DNA of 64,000 bases from the human T2T-CHM13v2.0 reference genome, Homo sapiens. The notes beneath the pieces were generated by a model. It worked only from the letters and a program-made list of their open reading frames with translations, searched no databases and was not told the DNA's origin. The translations under genes and the position numbers were made by a program. This document shows, piece after piece, positions 41,694-61,756 of the stretch. The stretch is from NCBI RefSeq assembly GCF_009914755.1, contig NC_060948.1; one strand, given 5' to 3'. Position 1 is the stretch's first letter, and every line of letters begins with the position of its first letter.

Positions 41694-43798
41694 AGATCCA
41701 TATTTTTTAAATGAAAAAAAATTTCAAAGGTACTCTGCTTGGTACAATAATCAAATGTATAAACTGAGGAATAAAACATAACCATGAAACCTACTTATAA
41801 CTGCATATGGAAAATACAGAGGATAATTTTTTAAATAACATATTTTGAAAGCCTTAACTAGTAATTTGAAGAGTTGGCATTTGAAAGGCCAGTATGAATA
41901 TACCTTCAAAGCAGCAACACATGTTCCCCATGAGAAAAAGCAAACACAGGGAAAATAAAAACACAAAGGTTCAATCTCTTCTGACCTTTGAAAGACACAG
42001 CACAGACAGTGGTCCTTAGGACGAAGAGCAGGAGACCCCTAATTCCGTCACCATGGCGATAGGGCATAAACATTGCTGGGTGAGGGCACAATCCACATTG
42101 TGAGGTCCAACTGCTGCCAGGAAGACAGGAGTGCTTTTACATAGACCGAAAGGTCATTGAAGGCTCAGAGTTTTGTTTCAAGAACTGAATCCCAAGCCCA
42201 AAGGTTATTAGGCTGCGCTTCTTAAAACGAGTTATGAGATGGGAAAAAGGGCACCCACAAACATACGTATACATTATGTATATAATAATATACAGTATCA
42301 TATATATAATATATATAACCTATGTATAATATTGTTTTACATCCTGCATCTTATGTTACATATATTGTATAAAATATAATAATTGATAATATATAAGTTT
42401 TATAATTATACAATATGACATATAGTATATATTATAATTTATGAGATATATAATATATGTTATTTGTCATATATAGAATATATTATACGGTTAATATACG
42501 TATTAAATATAAATTATACATTATATATATTATATATAATATATCTGTTATATATAATACCCATTATGCATAATATATATATTATGTCTATGTTATATAT
42601 AGTATAAAACAACATATAATAATATATAATTGTATATATAAAATGCGACATATAATATACATTATATTTTATAACATATGTAATATACATTATATATTAT
42701 ATATAATACGTTGTATGTATAATACCTATATTAAATATATATTATATGACTATGTTATTAATTACATGTCACATGTGTTATATATTATATATTTTACGTA
42801 GAATATACCGGTTACATACAATATATACTATGTTACCTATAATGTATAATTTATTACATGTAAAATAAAGAATGCAATATATTATGTATAATTTATAATA
42901 TACCATATGTGGAATGTGATATATATAACATATAATATATGATATATGATATACAGTATATGATATATAACATACAATATATGATTCCTAATATATATGG
43001 TATAAAATATATATTTTATGATATGTATTCTATATGTTTTATATTCTGTTATATATAACTATTTGAAATTATAAATAACTGTATAATATTTTATGTAAAT
43101 ATGTAATATAATATATATAACTATATAATATATTATATATAACTATATATTATGTTATATATACTTTTATAACATAATTTACATAAAATATCATAATATA
43201 ATATATATTATATTATTTCATATTACATAATATATATTACATATCACCCAATATAACTAACATACATAATATTATAATATAGATTATATTGTGTTATATT
43301 AAATATCATATATATCATGTATCATATATTCTATAATATATATTACACATTATGTAGTATGTATGTTGTCTATTATGTGATATATATAACTATATATATA
43401 ATTATATTTTTATACATATAACTAGATAAACATGTAATTCTACATATTTTCATTTATAATATGTAGAATTATATAATCATATATAATTATTTATATTCTA
43501 TAAAAAATTTTATCATTATATAAATTATAATATATAAAAATTATAATATGTACTACAAATATATATATTATATATCATATATGATATAGTACCTTTGTTA
43601 TATATCATAATACATATAAATGTGTATTATGTTATCTATAATTATATAATTTCATATATAAGATGTATAATATGTATCATATATTATAGATGTTATGTAA
43701 TATATATAGTATATATAAGATGACACAGGATAAATATTATATACTATGACATATAAAATATATGAGGTTATATGTTACATATAAGGCATAGCACATAA

Positions 43799-44113
<315 letters not shown>

Positions 44114-46218
44114 AGATCCATATTTTTTAAATGAAAAAAAATTTCAAAGGTACTCTGCTTGGTACAATAATCAAATGTATAAACTGAGGAATAAAACATA
44201 ACCATGAAACCTACTTATAACTGCATATGGAAAATACAGAGGATAATTTTTTAAATAACATATTTTGAAAGCCTTAAGTAGTAATTTGAAGAGTTGGCAT
44301 TTGAAAGGCCAGTATGAATATACCTTCAAAGCAGCAACACATGTTCCCCATGAGAAAAAGCAAACACAGGGAAAATAAAAACACAAAGGTTCAATCTCTT
44401 CTGACCTTTGAAAGACACAGCACAGACAGTGGTCCTTAGGACGAAGAGCAGGAGACCCCTAATTCCGTCACCATGGCGATAGGGCATAAACATTGCTGGG
44501 TGAGGGCACAATCCACATTGTGAGGTCCAACTGCTGCCAGGAAGACAGGAGTGCTTTTACATAGACCGAAAGGTCATTGAAGGCTCAGAGTTTTGTTTCA
44601 AGAACTGAATCCCAAGCCCACAGGTTATTAGGCTGCGCTTCTTAAAACGAGTTATGAGATGGGAAAAAGGGCAACCACAAACATACGTATACATTATGTA
44701 TATAATAATATACAGTATCATATATATAATATATATAACCTATGTATAATATTGTTTTACATCCTGCATCTTATGTTATATATATTGTATAAAATATAAT
44801 AATTGATAATATATAAGTTTTATAATTATACAATATGACATATAGTATATATTATAATTTATGAGATATATAATATATGTTATATGTCATATATAGAATA
44901 TATTATACGGTTAATATACGTATTAAATATAAATTATACATTATATATATTATATATAATATATCTGTTATATATAATACCCATTATGCATAATATATAT
45001 ATTATGTCTATGTTATATATAGTATAAAACAACATATAATAATATATAATTGTATATATAAAATGCGACATATAATATATATTATATTTTATAACATATG
45101 TAATATATATTATATATTATATATAATACGTTGTATGTATAATACCTATATTAAATATATATTATATGACTATGTTATTAATTACATGTCACATGTGTTA
45201 TATATTATATATTTTACATAGAATATACCGGTTACATACAATATATACTATGTTACCTATAATGTATAATTTATTACATGTAAAATAAAGAATGCAATAT
45301 ATTATGTATAATTTATAATATACCATATGTGGAATGTGATATATATAACATATAATATATGATATATGATATACAGTATATGATATATAACATACAATAT
45401 ATGATTCCTAATATATATGGTATACAATATATATTTTATGATATGTATTCTATATGTTTTATATTCTGTTATATATAACTATTTGAAATTATAAATAACT
45501 GTATAATATTTTATGTAAATATGTAATATAATATATATAACTATATAATATATTATATATAACTATATATTATGTTATATATACTTTTATAACATAATTT
45601 ACATAAAATATCATAATATAATATATATTATATTATTTCATATTACATAATATATATTACATATCACCCAATATAACTAACATAGATAATATTATAATAT
45701 AGATTATATTGTGTTATATTAAATATCATATATATCATGTATCATATATTCTATAATATATATTACACATTATATAATATGTATGTTTTCTATTATGTGA
45801 TATATATAACTATATATATAGTTATATTTTTATACATATAACTAGATAAACATGTAATTCTACATATTTTCATTTATAATATGTAGAATTATATAATCAT
45901 ATATAATTATTTATATTCTATAAAAAATTTTATCATTATATAAATTATAATATATAAAAATTATAATATGTACTACAAATATATATATTATATATCATAT
46001 ATGATATAGTACCTTTGTTATATATCATAATACATATAAATGTGTATTATGTTATCTATAATTATATAATTTCATATATAAGATGTATAATATGTATCAT
46101 ATATTATATATGTTATGTAATATATATAGTATATATAAGATGACACAGGATAAATATTATATACTATGACATATAAAATATATCAGGTTATATGTTACAT
46201 ATAAGGCATAGCACATAA

Positions 46219-46533
<315 letters not shown>

Positions 46534-48661
46534 AGATCCGTATTTTTTAAATGAAAAAAAATTTCAAAGGTACTCTGCTTGGTACAATAATCAAATGTAT
46601 AAACTGAGGAATAAAACATAACCATGAAACCTACTTATAACTGCATATGGAAAATACAGAGGATAATTTTTTAAATAACATATTTTGAAAGCCTTAACTA
46701 GTAATTTGAAGAGCTGGCATTTGAAAGGCCAGTATGAATATACCTTCAAAGCAGCAACACAGGTTCCCCATGAGAAAAAGCAAACACAGGGAAAATAAAA
46801 ACACAAAGGTTCAATCTCTTCTGACCTTTGAAAGACACAGCACAGACAGTGGTCCTTAGGACGAAGAGCAGGAGACCCCTAATTCCGTCACCATGGCGAT
46901 AGGGCATAAACATTGCTGGGTGAGGGCACAATCCACATTGTGAGGTCCAACTGCTGCCAGGAAGACAGGAGTGCTTTTACATAGACCGAAAGGTCATTGA
47001 AGGCTCAGAGTTTTGTTTCAAGAACTGAATCCCAAGCCCACACGTTATTAGGCTGCGCTTCTTAAAACAAGTTATGAGATGGGAAAAAGGGCACCCACAA
47101 ACATACGTATACATTATGTATATAATAATATACAGTATCATATATATAATATATATAACCTATGTATAATATTGTTTTACATCCTGCATCTTATGTTATA
47201 TATATTGTATAAAATATAATAATTGATAATATATAAGTTATATAATTATACAATATGACATATAGTATATATTATAATTTATGACATATAAAATATATGT
47301 TATATGTCATATATAGAATATATTATACGGTTAATATACGTATTAAATATAAATTATACATTATATATATTATATATAATATATCTGTTATATATAATAC
47401 CCATTATGCATAATATATATATTATGTCTATGTTATATATAGTATAAAACAACATATAATAATATATAATTGTATATATAAAATGCGACATATAATATAT
47501 ATTATATTTTATAACATATGTAATATATATTATATATTATATATAATACGTTGTATGTATAATACCTATATTAAATATATAATATATGACTATGTTATTA
47601 ATTACATGTCACATATGTTATATATTATATATTTTACATAGAATATACCGGTTACATACAATATATACTATGTTACCTATAATGTATAATTTATTACATG
47701 TAAAATAAAGAATGCAATATATTATGTAAAATTTATAATATACCATATGTGGAATGTGATATATATAACATATAATATATGATATATGATATACAGTATA
47801 TGATATATAACATACAATATATGATTCCTAATATATATGGTATACAATATATATTTTATGATATGTATTCTATATGTTTTATATTCTGTTATATATAACT
47901 ATTTGAAATTATATATAACTGTATAATATTTTATGTAAATATGTAATATAATATATATAACTATATAATATATTATATATAACTATATATTATGTTATAT
48001 ATACTTTTATAACATAATTTACATAAAATATCATAATATAATATATATTATATTATTTCATATTACATAATATATATTACATATCACCCAATATAACTAA
48101 CATACATAATATTATAATATAGATTATATTGTGTTATATTAAATATCATATATATCATGTATCATATATTCTATAATATATATTACACATTATATAATAT
48201 GTATGTTGTCTATTATGTGATATATATAACTATATATATAATTATATTTTTATACATATAACTAGATTAAAATGTAATTCTACATATTTTCATTTATAAT
48301 ATGTAGAATTATATAATCATATATAATTATTTATATTCTATAAAAAATTTTATCATTATATAAATTATAATATATAAAAATTATAATATGTACTACAAAT
48401 ATATATATTATATATCATATATGATATAGTACCTTTGTTATATATCATAATACATATAAATGTGTATTATGGTATCTATAATTATATAATTTCATATATA
48501 AGATGTATAATATGTATCATATATTATATAAGTTATGTAATATATATAGTATATATAAGATGACACAGGATAAATATTATATACTATGACATATAAAATA
48601 TATGAGGTTATATGTTACATATAAGGCATAGCACATAACATGTAATATATATCATATATAA

Positions 48662-48953
48662 TTTTTTTTTAGACAGAATCTTGTCCTGTTGCACAGGGTG
48701 GGGTTCAATGGCGCCATCTTTGCTCACTGCAACTTCTGCCTCACGGGTCCAAGCGATTGTCCTCCCTCAGCCTCCCAGGTAGCTGGGACTACACCACACT
48801 GGGACTACACCAGCTGCCACCATGCCTAGCTAATTTTTTGGATTTTTAGTAGTGACAGCGTTTCACTGTATTGGCCAGGATGGTCTTGATCTCTTCACCT
48901 TGTGATCCCCTTGCCTTGGCCTCCAAATTTGCTGGGATTACAGGCCTGAGCCA
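48662..48953 (-). mobile_element. Alu in DYZ2 unit 21
   Basis: Alu copy. Confidence 0.93.
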
Positions 48954-50009
48954 AGATCCATATTTTTTAAATGAAAAAAAATTTCAAAGGTACTCTGCTT
49001 GGTATAATAATCAAATGTATAAACTGAGGAATAAAACATAACCATGAAACCTACTTATAACAGCATATGGAAAATACAGAGGATAATTTTTTAAATAACA
49101 TATTTTGAAAGCCTTAACTAGTAATTTGAAGAGTTGGCATTTGAAAGGCCAGTATGAATATACCTTCAAAGCAGCAACACAGGTTCCCATGAGAAAAAGC
49201 AAACACAGGGAAAACAAAAACACAAAGGTTCAATCTCTTCTGACCTTTGAAAGACACAGCACAGACAGTGGTCCTTAGGACGAAGAGCAGGAGACCCCTA
49301 ATTCCGTCACCAAGGCGATAGGGCATAAACATTGCTGGGTGAGGGCACAATCCACATTGTGAGGTCCAACTGCTGCCAGGAAGACAGGACTGCTTTTACA
49401 TAGACCGAAAGGTCATTGAAGGCTCAGAGTTTTGTTTCAAGAACTGAATCCCAAGCCCACACGTTATTAGGCTGCGCTTCTTAAAACAAGTTATGAGATG
49501 GGAAAAAGGGCACCCACAAACATACGTATACATTATGTATATAATAATATACAGTATCATATATGTAATATATATCACCTATGTATAATATTGTTTTACA
49601 TCCTGCATCTTATGTTATATATACTGTATAAAATATAATAATTGATAATATATAAGTTTTATAATTATACAATATGACATATAGTATATATTATAATTTA
49701 TGACATATATAATATATGTTATATGTCATATATAGAATATATTATACGGTTAATATACGTATTAAATATAAATTATACATTATATATATTATATATAATA
49801 TATCTGTTATATATAATACCCATTATGCATAATATATATATTATGTCTATGTTATATATAGTATAAAACAACACATAATAATATATAATTGTATACATAA
49901 AATGCGACATATAATATATATTATATTTTATGACATATGTAATATATATTATATATTATATATAATACGTTGTATGTATAATACCTATATTAAATATATA
50001 TTTTATGAC

Positions 50010-50181
50010 CTATATTAAATATATATTATTTATATATATTTATTATATATTTAATATATATTATATATAATATAAATATATTTAATATATATAATATATA
50101 TTAAATATATATTATATGACCTATATTAAATATATATTATATAATATATATTTATAATAATATAAATATATATTATATGTA
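50010..50181. repeat. ~170-bp nearly pure A/T insertion with local direct and inverted copies, in unit 21
   Basis: Unit 21 is 2586 bp instead of ~2420. The extra sequence lies between ...tatgac and atgttattaattacatg. Confidence 0.9.
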
Positions 50182-51247
50182 ATGTTATTAATTACATGTC
50201 ACATGTGTTATATATTATATATTTTACATAGAATATACCGGTTACATACAATATATACTATGTTACCTACAATGTATAATTGATTACATATAAAATAAAG
50301 AATGCAATATATTATGTATAATTTATAATATACAATATGTGGAATGTGATATATATAACATATAATATATGATATATGATATAGAGTATATGATATATAA
50401 CATACAATATATGATACCTAATATATATGGTATACAATATATATTTTATGATATGTATTCTATATGTAATATATTCTCTTATATATAACTATTTGAAATT
50501 ATATATAACTATAATATTTTATGTAAATATGTAATATAATATATATAAGTATATAATATATTATATATAACTATATATTATGTTATATATACTTTTATAA
50601 CATAATTTACATAAAATATCATAATATAATATATATTATATTATTTCATATTACATAATATATATTACATATCACCCAATATAAGTAACATACATAATAT
50701 TATAATATAGATTATATTATGTTATATTAAATATCATATATATCATGTATCATATATTCTATAATATATATTATACATTATATAATATGTATGTTGTCTA
50801 TTATGTGATATATATAACTATATATATAATTATATTATTATACATATAACTAGATAAACATGTAATTCTACATATTTTCATTTATAATATATAGAATTAT
50901 ATAACCATATAGATTTATTTATATTCTATAAAAAATTATATCATTATATAAATTATAATATATAAAAATTATAATATGTACTACAAATATATATATTATA
51001 TATCATATATGATATAGTACCTTTGTTATATATCATAATACATATAAATGTGTATTATGTTATCTATAATTATATAATTTCATATCTAAGATGTATAATA
51101 TGTATTATATATTATATATGTTATGCTATATATTGTATATTTAAGCTGACACAGGATAAATATTATATACTATGACATATAAAATATATGAGGTTATATG
51201 TTACATATAAGGCATAGCACATAACATGTAATATATATCATATATAA

Positions 51248-51539
<292 letters not shown>

Positions 51540-53666
51540 AGATCCATATTTTTTAAATGAAAAAAAATTTCAAAGGTACTCTGCTTGGTACAATAAACAA
51601 ATGTATAAACTGAGGAATAAAACATAACCATGAAACCTACTTATAACTGCATATGGAAAATACAGAGGATAATTTTTTAAATAACATATTTTGAAAGCCT
51701 TAACTAGTAATTTGAAGAGTTGGCATTTGAAAGGCCAGTATGAATATACCTTCAAAGCAGCAACACAGGTTCCCCATGAGAAAAAGCAAACTCAGGGAAA
51801 ATGAAACCACAAAGGTTCAATCTCTTCTGACCTTTGAAAGACACAGCACAGACAGTGGTCCTTAGGACGAAGAGCAGGAGACCCCTAATTCCGTCACCAT
51901 GGCGATAGGGCATAAACATTGCTGGGTGAGGGCACAATCCACATTGTGAGGTCCAACTGCTGCCAGGAAGACAGGAGTGCTTTTACATAGACCGAAAGGT
52001 CATTGAAGGCTCAGAGTTTTGTTTCAAGAACTGAATCCCAAGCCCACACGTTATTAGGCTGCGCTTCTTAAAACAAGTTATGAGATGGGAAAAAGGGCAC
52101 CCACAAACATACGTATACATTATGTATATAATAATATACAGTATCATATATATAATATATATAACCTATGTATAATATTGTTTTACATCCTGCATCTTAT
52201 GTTATATATATTATATAAAATATAATAATTGATAATATATAATTTTGTATTTATACAATATGACATATAGTATATATTATAATTTATGACATATATAATA
52301 TATGTTTTATATCATATATAGAATATATTATACGGTTAATATACGTATTAAATATAAATTATACATTATATATATTATATATAATATATCTGTTATATAT
52401 AATACACATTATGCATAATATATATGTTATGTCTATGTTATATATAGTATAAAACAACATATAATAATATATAATTGTTTATATAAAATGCGACATATAA
52501 TATATATTTTATTTTATGACATATGTAATATATATTATATATTATATATAAAACGTTGTATGTATAATACCTATATTAAATATATATTATATGACTATGT
52601 TATTAATTACATGTCACATGTGTTATATATTATATATTTTACATAGAATATACCGGTTACATACAATATATACTATGTTACCTATAATGTATAATTGATT
52701 ACATGTAAAATAAAGAATGCAATATATTATGAATAATTTATAATATACAATATGTGGAATGTGATATATATAACATATAATATATGATATATGATATACA
52801 GTATATGATATATAACATACAATATATGATACCTAATATATATGGTATACAATATATATTTTATGATATGTATTCTATATGTTTTATATTCTGTTGTATA
52901 TAACTATTTGAAATTATATATAACTGTATAATATTTTATGTAAATATGTAATATAATATATATAACTATATAATATATTATATATAACTATATATTATTT
53001 TATATATACTTTTATAACATAATTTACATAAAATATCATAATATAATATATAATATATTATTTCATATTACATAATATATCTTACATATCACCCAATATA
53101 AGTAACATACTTAATATTATAATATAGATTATATTATGTTATATTAAATATCATATATATCATGTATCATATATTCTATAATATATATTATACATTATAT
53201 AATATGTATGTTGTTTATTATGTGATATATATAACTATATATATAAATTTATTATTATACATATAACTGGATAAACATGTAATTCTACATATTTTCATTT
53301 ATAATATATAGAAATATATAATCATATATAATTATTTATATTCTATAAAAAATTATATCATTATATAAATTATAATATATAAAAATTATTATATGTACTA
53401 CAAATATATATATTATATATCATATATGATATAGTACCTTTGTTATATATCATAATACATATAAATGTGTATTATGTTATCTATAATTATATAATTTCAT
53501 ATATAAGATGTATAATATGTATTATTTATTATATATGTTATGTAATATATATAGTATATATAAGCTGACACAGGATAAATATTATATACTATGACATATA
53601 AAATATATGAGGTTATATGTTACATATAAGGCATAGCACATAACATGTAATATATATCATATATAA

Positions 53667-53958
<292 letters not shown>

Positions 53959-55785
53959 AGATCCATATTTTTTAAATGAAAAAAAATTTCAAAGGTACTC
54001 TGCTTGGTACAATAATCAAATGTATAAACTGAGGAATAAAACATAACCATGAAACCTACTTATAACTGCATATGGAAAATACAGAGGATAATTTTTTAAA
54101 TAACATATTTTGAAAGCCTTAACTAGTAATTTGAAGAGTTGGCATTTGAAAGGCCAGTATGAATATTCCTTCAGAGCAGCAACACAGGTTCCCCATGAGA
54201 AAAAGCAAACTCAGGGAAAATGAAACCACAAAGGTTCAATCTCTTCTGACCTTTGAAAGACACAGCACAGACAGTGGTCCTTAGGACGAAGAGCAGGAGA
54301 CCCCTAATTCCGTCACCATGGCGATAGGGCATAAACATTGCTGGGTGAGGGCACAATCCACATTGTGAGGTCCAACTGCTGCCAGGAAGACAGGAGTGCT
54401 TTTACATAGACCGAAAGGTCATTGAAGGCTCAGAGTTTTGTTTCAAGAACTGAATCCCAAGCCCACACGTTATTAGGCTGCGCTTCTTAAAACAAGTTAT
54501 GAGATGGGAAAAACGGCACCCACAAACATACGTATACATTATGTATATAATAATATACAGTATCATATATATAATATATATAACCTGTATATAATATTGT
54601 TTTACATCCTGCATCTTATATTATATATATTGTGTAAAATATAATAATTGATAATATATAAGTTTTATATTTATACAATATGACATATAGTATATATTAT
54701 AATTTATGACATATATAATATATGTTATATATAATATATAGAATATATTATACGGTTAATATACGTATTAAATATAAATTATACATTATATATATTATAT
54801 ATAATATATCTGTTATATATAATACCCATTATACAAAATATATATATTATGTCTATGTTTTATATAGTATAAACCAACATATAATAATATATAATTGTAT
54901 ATATAAAATGTGACATATAATATATATTATATTTTATGACATATGTAACATGTATTATATATTATATATATTACGTTGTATGTATAATACCTATATTAAA
55001 TATATATTATATGACGATGTTATTAATTACATGTCACATATGTTATATATTATATATTTTACATGGAATATACCGGTTACATATAATATATACTATGTTA
55101 CCTATAATGTATAATTTATTACATGTAATATAATGAATGTCATATATTATATATAATTTATAATATACAATATGTGGAATGTGATATATATAACATATAT
55201 GATATATGATATAAAGTATATGATATATAACATACAATATATGATACGTAATATATATGGTATACAATATATATTTTATGATATGTATTCTATATGTTTT
55301 ATATTCTGTTATATATAACTATTTGAAATTATATATAACTGTATAATATTTTATGTAAATATGTAATATAATATATATAACTATATAATATATTATATAT
55401 AACTATATTTTATGTTATATATACTTTTATAACATAATTTACATAAAATATAATAATATAAAATATATTATATTATTTCATATTACATAATATATATTCA
55501 ATATCACCCAATATAAGTAACATACATACTATTAAAATATAGATTATATTATGTTATATTAAAGATCATATATATCATGTATCATATATTCTATAATATA
55601 TATTATGCATTATATAATATGCATGTTGTCTATTATGTGATATATATAACTATATATATAATTGTATTATTATACATATAACTATATAAACATGTAATTC
55701 TATATATTTTCATTTATAATATATAGAATTATATAATCATAATTATTTATATTCTATAAAAAATTATATCATTATATAAATTATA

Positions 55786-57662
<1,877 letters not shown>

Positions 57663-59759
57663 AGATCCATATTTTTTAAATGAAAAAAAATTTCAAAGGT
57701 ACTCTGCTTGGTACAGTAATCAAATCTATAAACTGAGGAATAAAACATAACCGTGAAACATACTTATAACTGCATATGGAAAATACAGAGTATAATTTTT
57801 TAAAATAACATATTTTGAAAGCCTTAACTAGTAATTTGAAGAGTTTGCATTTGAAAGGCCAGTATGAATATACCTTCAAAGCAGCAACACAGGTTCCAAA
57901 TGAGAACAATCAAACTCAGGGAAAATAAAACCACAAATGTTCACTCTGTTCTGACCTTTGAAAAACACAGCACAGACAGTGGCACTTAGGACCAAGAGCA
58001 GGAGATCCCCAATCCCGTCACCATGGCGATAGGGTATAAACATTGCGGGGTGAGGGCACAATGCACATTGTGAGGTCCAATTGCTGCCAGGAAGACAGGA
58101 GTGCTTTTACATAGACCGAAAGGTCATTGAAGGCTCAGATTTTCGTTTCAAAAACTGAATCCCAAGCCCACACGTTATTATGCTGCGCTTCTTAAAACAA
58201 GTTATGAGAAGGGAAATAGGGCACCCACAACATACGTATATAGTATGTATATAATAATATACACTATCATATATATAATATATATAACCTATGTATAATA
58301 TTGTTTTACATCCTGCATCTTATATTATATATATTATATGTAATATAATAATTGATAATATATAAGTTTATATTTATACAATATGACATATAATATATAT
58401 TATATTTTATGACATATATAATATAGATTATATATCATATATAGAATATACTATATGGTTAATATACGTATTAAATATATAATATACATTATATGTATTA
58501 TATCTACGTTATATATAACATTAACTATAGATAATATATATATTATATCTAGCTTATATATAATATAATATAACAGATAATTATATATAATTGTATATAT
58601 AAAATATGACATATAATATATATTATATTTTATGACATATATATCATATATATTATATATTATATATAATATGTTGTATGTATAATACATATATTATATA
58701 TATATTATAAGTCTAAATTATTAATTATATGTAATATATGTTATATATTACATATTTTACATTTCATACACATGTTACATACAATATATACTATGTTACA
58801 TGTTACCTAGAATTTATTATATATAATATAATGTATGTCATATATTATATATACTTTATAGTATGCAATATGTGGAATGTGATATATATAACATGTAATA
58901 TATGATATATGATATACGATATATGATATATAATATACAATATATGATACATTTTATATATGGTATACAATATATATTTTATGATATATATTATATATGT
59001 TTTATATTATATTATACATAACCATTTAATTATATATAACTCTATAATATTGTAGGTAAATATATAATATAATACATATAACCATATATTATGTTATTTA
59101 TAATTTTATTACGTACATTCAATAATATATCATAATATAATATATATTATATTATATTATTTTATATTACATAATATATATTATATATCACATAGTATGT
59201 GTTACATACATAATATTTAAATATATATTATATTATGATATATTAAATATTATATATATTATGTATGCTATACTGTATAATATATATTATATATTATATA
59301 ATATGCAGGGTGTCTATTATATGATATATATTATAATATATATAATTATATTATACATATAACGATATAAATATGTAATTATATTTAACATTATTTATAT
59401 TACATATAGTCATATAATCATATATAATAATTTATATTATAAAAGTAATTATATCATTATATAAATTATAGTATATATAAATTATAATATGTGATAAATA
59501 ATATATATTATATATCATATATGATATAGCATATATGTTATATATCATATTATATATCAATTTACGTTATGATATCTATAATTATATATTTTCATATATA
59601 AGATGTATAATATGAATTATATATTATATATGTTATTAAATATATACTTTATATAAAATGACACAGGATAAATGTTATATATTATGACATATGATATATA
59701 TGCGGTTATATATTATATATGAAGCATATTACATAACATATAATATATATCATATATAA

Positions 59760-60051
<292 letters not shown>

Positions 60052-61741
60052 AGATCCATATTTTTTAAATGAAAAAAAATTTCAAAGTTATTCTGCTTGG
60101 TACAATAATCAAATATATAAACTGAGGGTTAAAACATAACCTTGGAACATATTTATAAGTGCATATGGATAATACAGAGGATAATTTTTTAAATAACATA
60201 TTTTGAAAGCATTAACTAGTAATTTGAAGAGTTGGCATTTGAAAGGCCAGTATGAATATACCTTCAAAGCAGCAACACAGGTTCCCCATGAGAACAAGCA
60301 AACTCAGGGAAAATAAAACCACAAAGGTTCAATCTTTTCTGACCTTTGAAAGACACAGCACAGACAGTGGTCCTTAGGACGAAGAGCAGGAGACCCCTAA
60401 TTCCGTCACCATGGCGATAGGGCATAAACATTGCTGGGTGAGGGCACAATCCACATTGTGAGGTCCAACTGCTGCCAGGAAGACAGGAGTGCTTTTACAT
60501 AGACCCAAAGGTCATTGAAGGCTCAGTGTTTTGTTTCAAAAACTGAATCCCAAGCCCACACGTTATCATGCTGTGCTTCTTAAAAAAAGTTATGAGATGG
60601 GAAATAGGGCACCCACAATTATATCTATACATTATGTATATAATAATATATAGAATCATATATATAATATATGTAACATATATATATAATACTGTTTTAC
60701 ATCCTGCAGTTATATTATATATATTATATGTATTATAATAACTGGTAATATATAAGTATTATATTTATACACTATGACATATAATAATTATATTTTATGC
60801 CGTATATAATATATATTATATATCATATACCAAATATATTATATGGTTAATATACGTATTAAATATATAATATACATTATAAATATTATATCTACGTTAT
60901 ATATAACATTCACTATAGTTAATATATATATTATATCTAGCTTATATATAATATAAAATAACATATAATAATATATAACTGTATATATAAAATATGACAT
61001 ATAATATATATTATATTTTATGACATATATATGATATGTATTATATATTATATATAATATGTTGTAAGTATAATACATGTATTAAATATATATTATATGT
61101 ATATATTATTAATTATATGTAATATATGTTATATATTACATATTTGATATAGAATACACATGTTACATAGAATATATTCTATGTTACATATAACGTAGAA
61201 TTTATTATGTGTAATATAATGTATGGCATATATTATAAATTCCTTATAATATACAATATGTGGAATGTGATATATATAACTTGTAATATATGATATATGA
61301 TATACAATATATGTTATATAACATACAATATATGATACATAATATATATGGTATAGAATATATATTTTATGTTATATATTATATATGTTTTATATTTTAT
61401 TATATATAAATATTTAAAATTATATATAACTGTATAATGTTATACGTAAATATATAATATACTACATATAACCATATATTATGTTATATAAAATTTTATT
61501 ACATACTTTCCATAATATATCATATGGATTCCTTTGGAATGGTCTAGTATGCAATGCAATCGACTGGCAGGGAATTAAAAGGAATGCAATCGAATGGATT
61601 GCACAGGAATGCAATGGACTCGAATAGATTGGAAACAGAATGCAAAGGAAAGGAATGGAATAGTATGGAATGGAATGGAAAGGAATGGAGTGGAATAGAC
61701 TAGAGTAGAATGGAATTTACTCGAAAGCAATGGACTGGAAT

Positions 61742-61756
61742 AGAACTTTCTTGAAT
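61742..61756. promoter_or_regulatory. Perfect heat-shock element motif (nGAAnnTTCnnGAAn)
   Basis: aGAActTTCttGAAt; motif match only. Confidence 0.4.
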
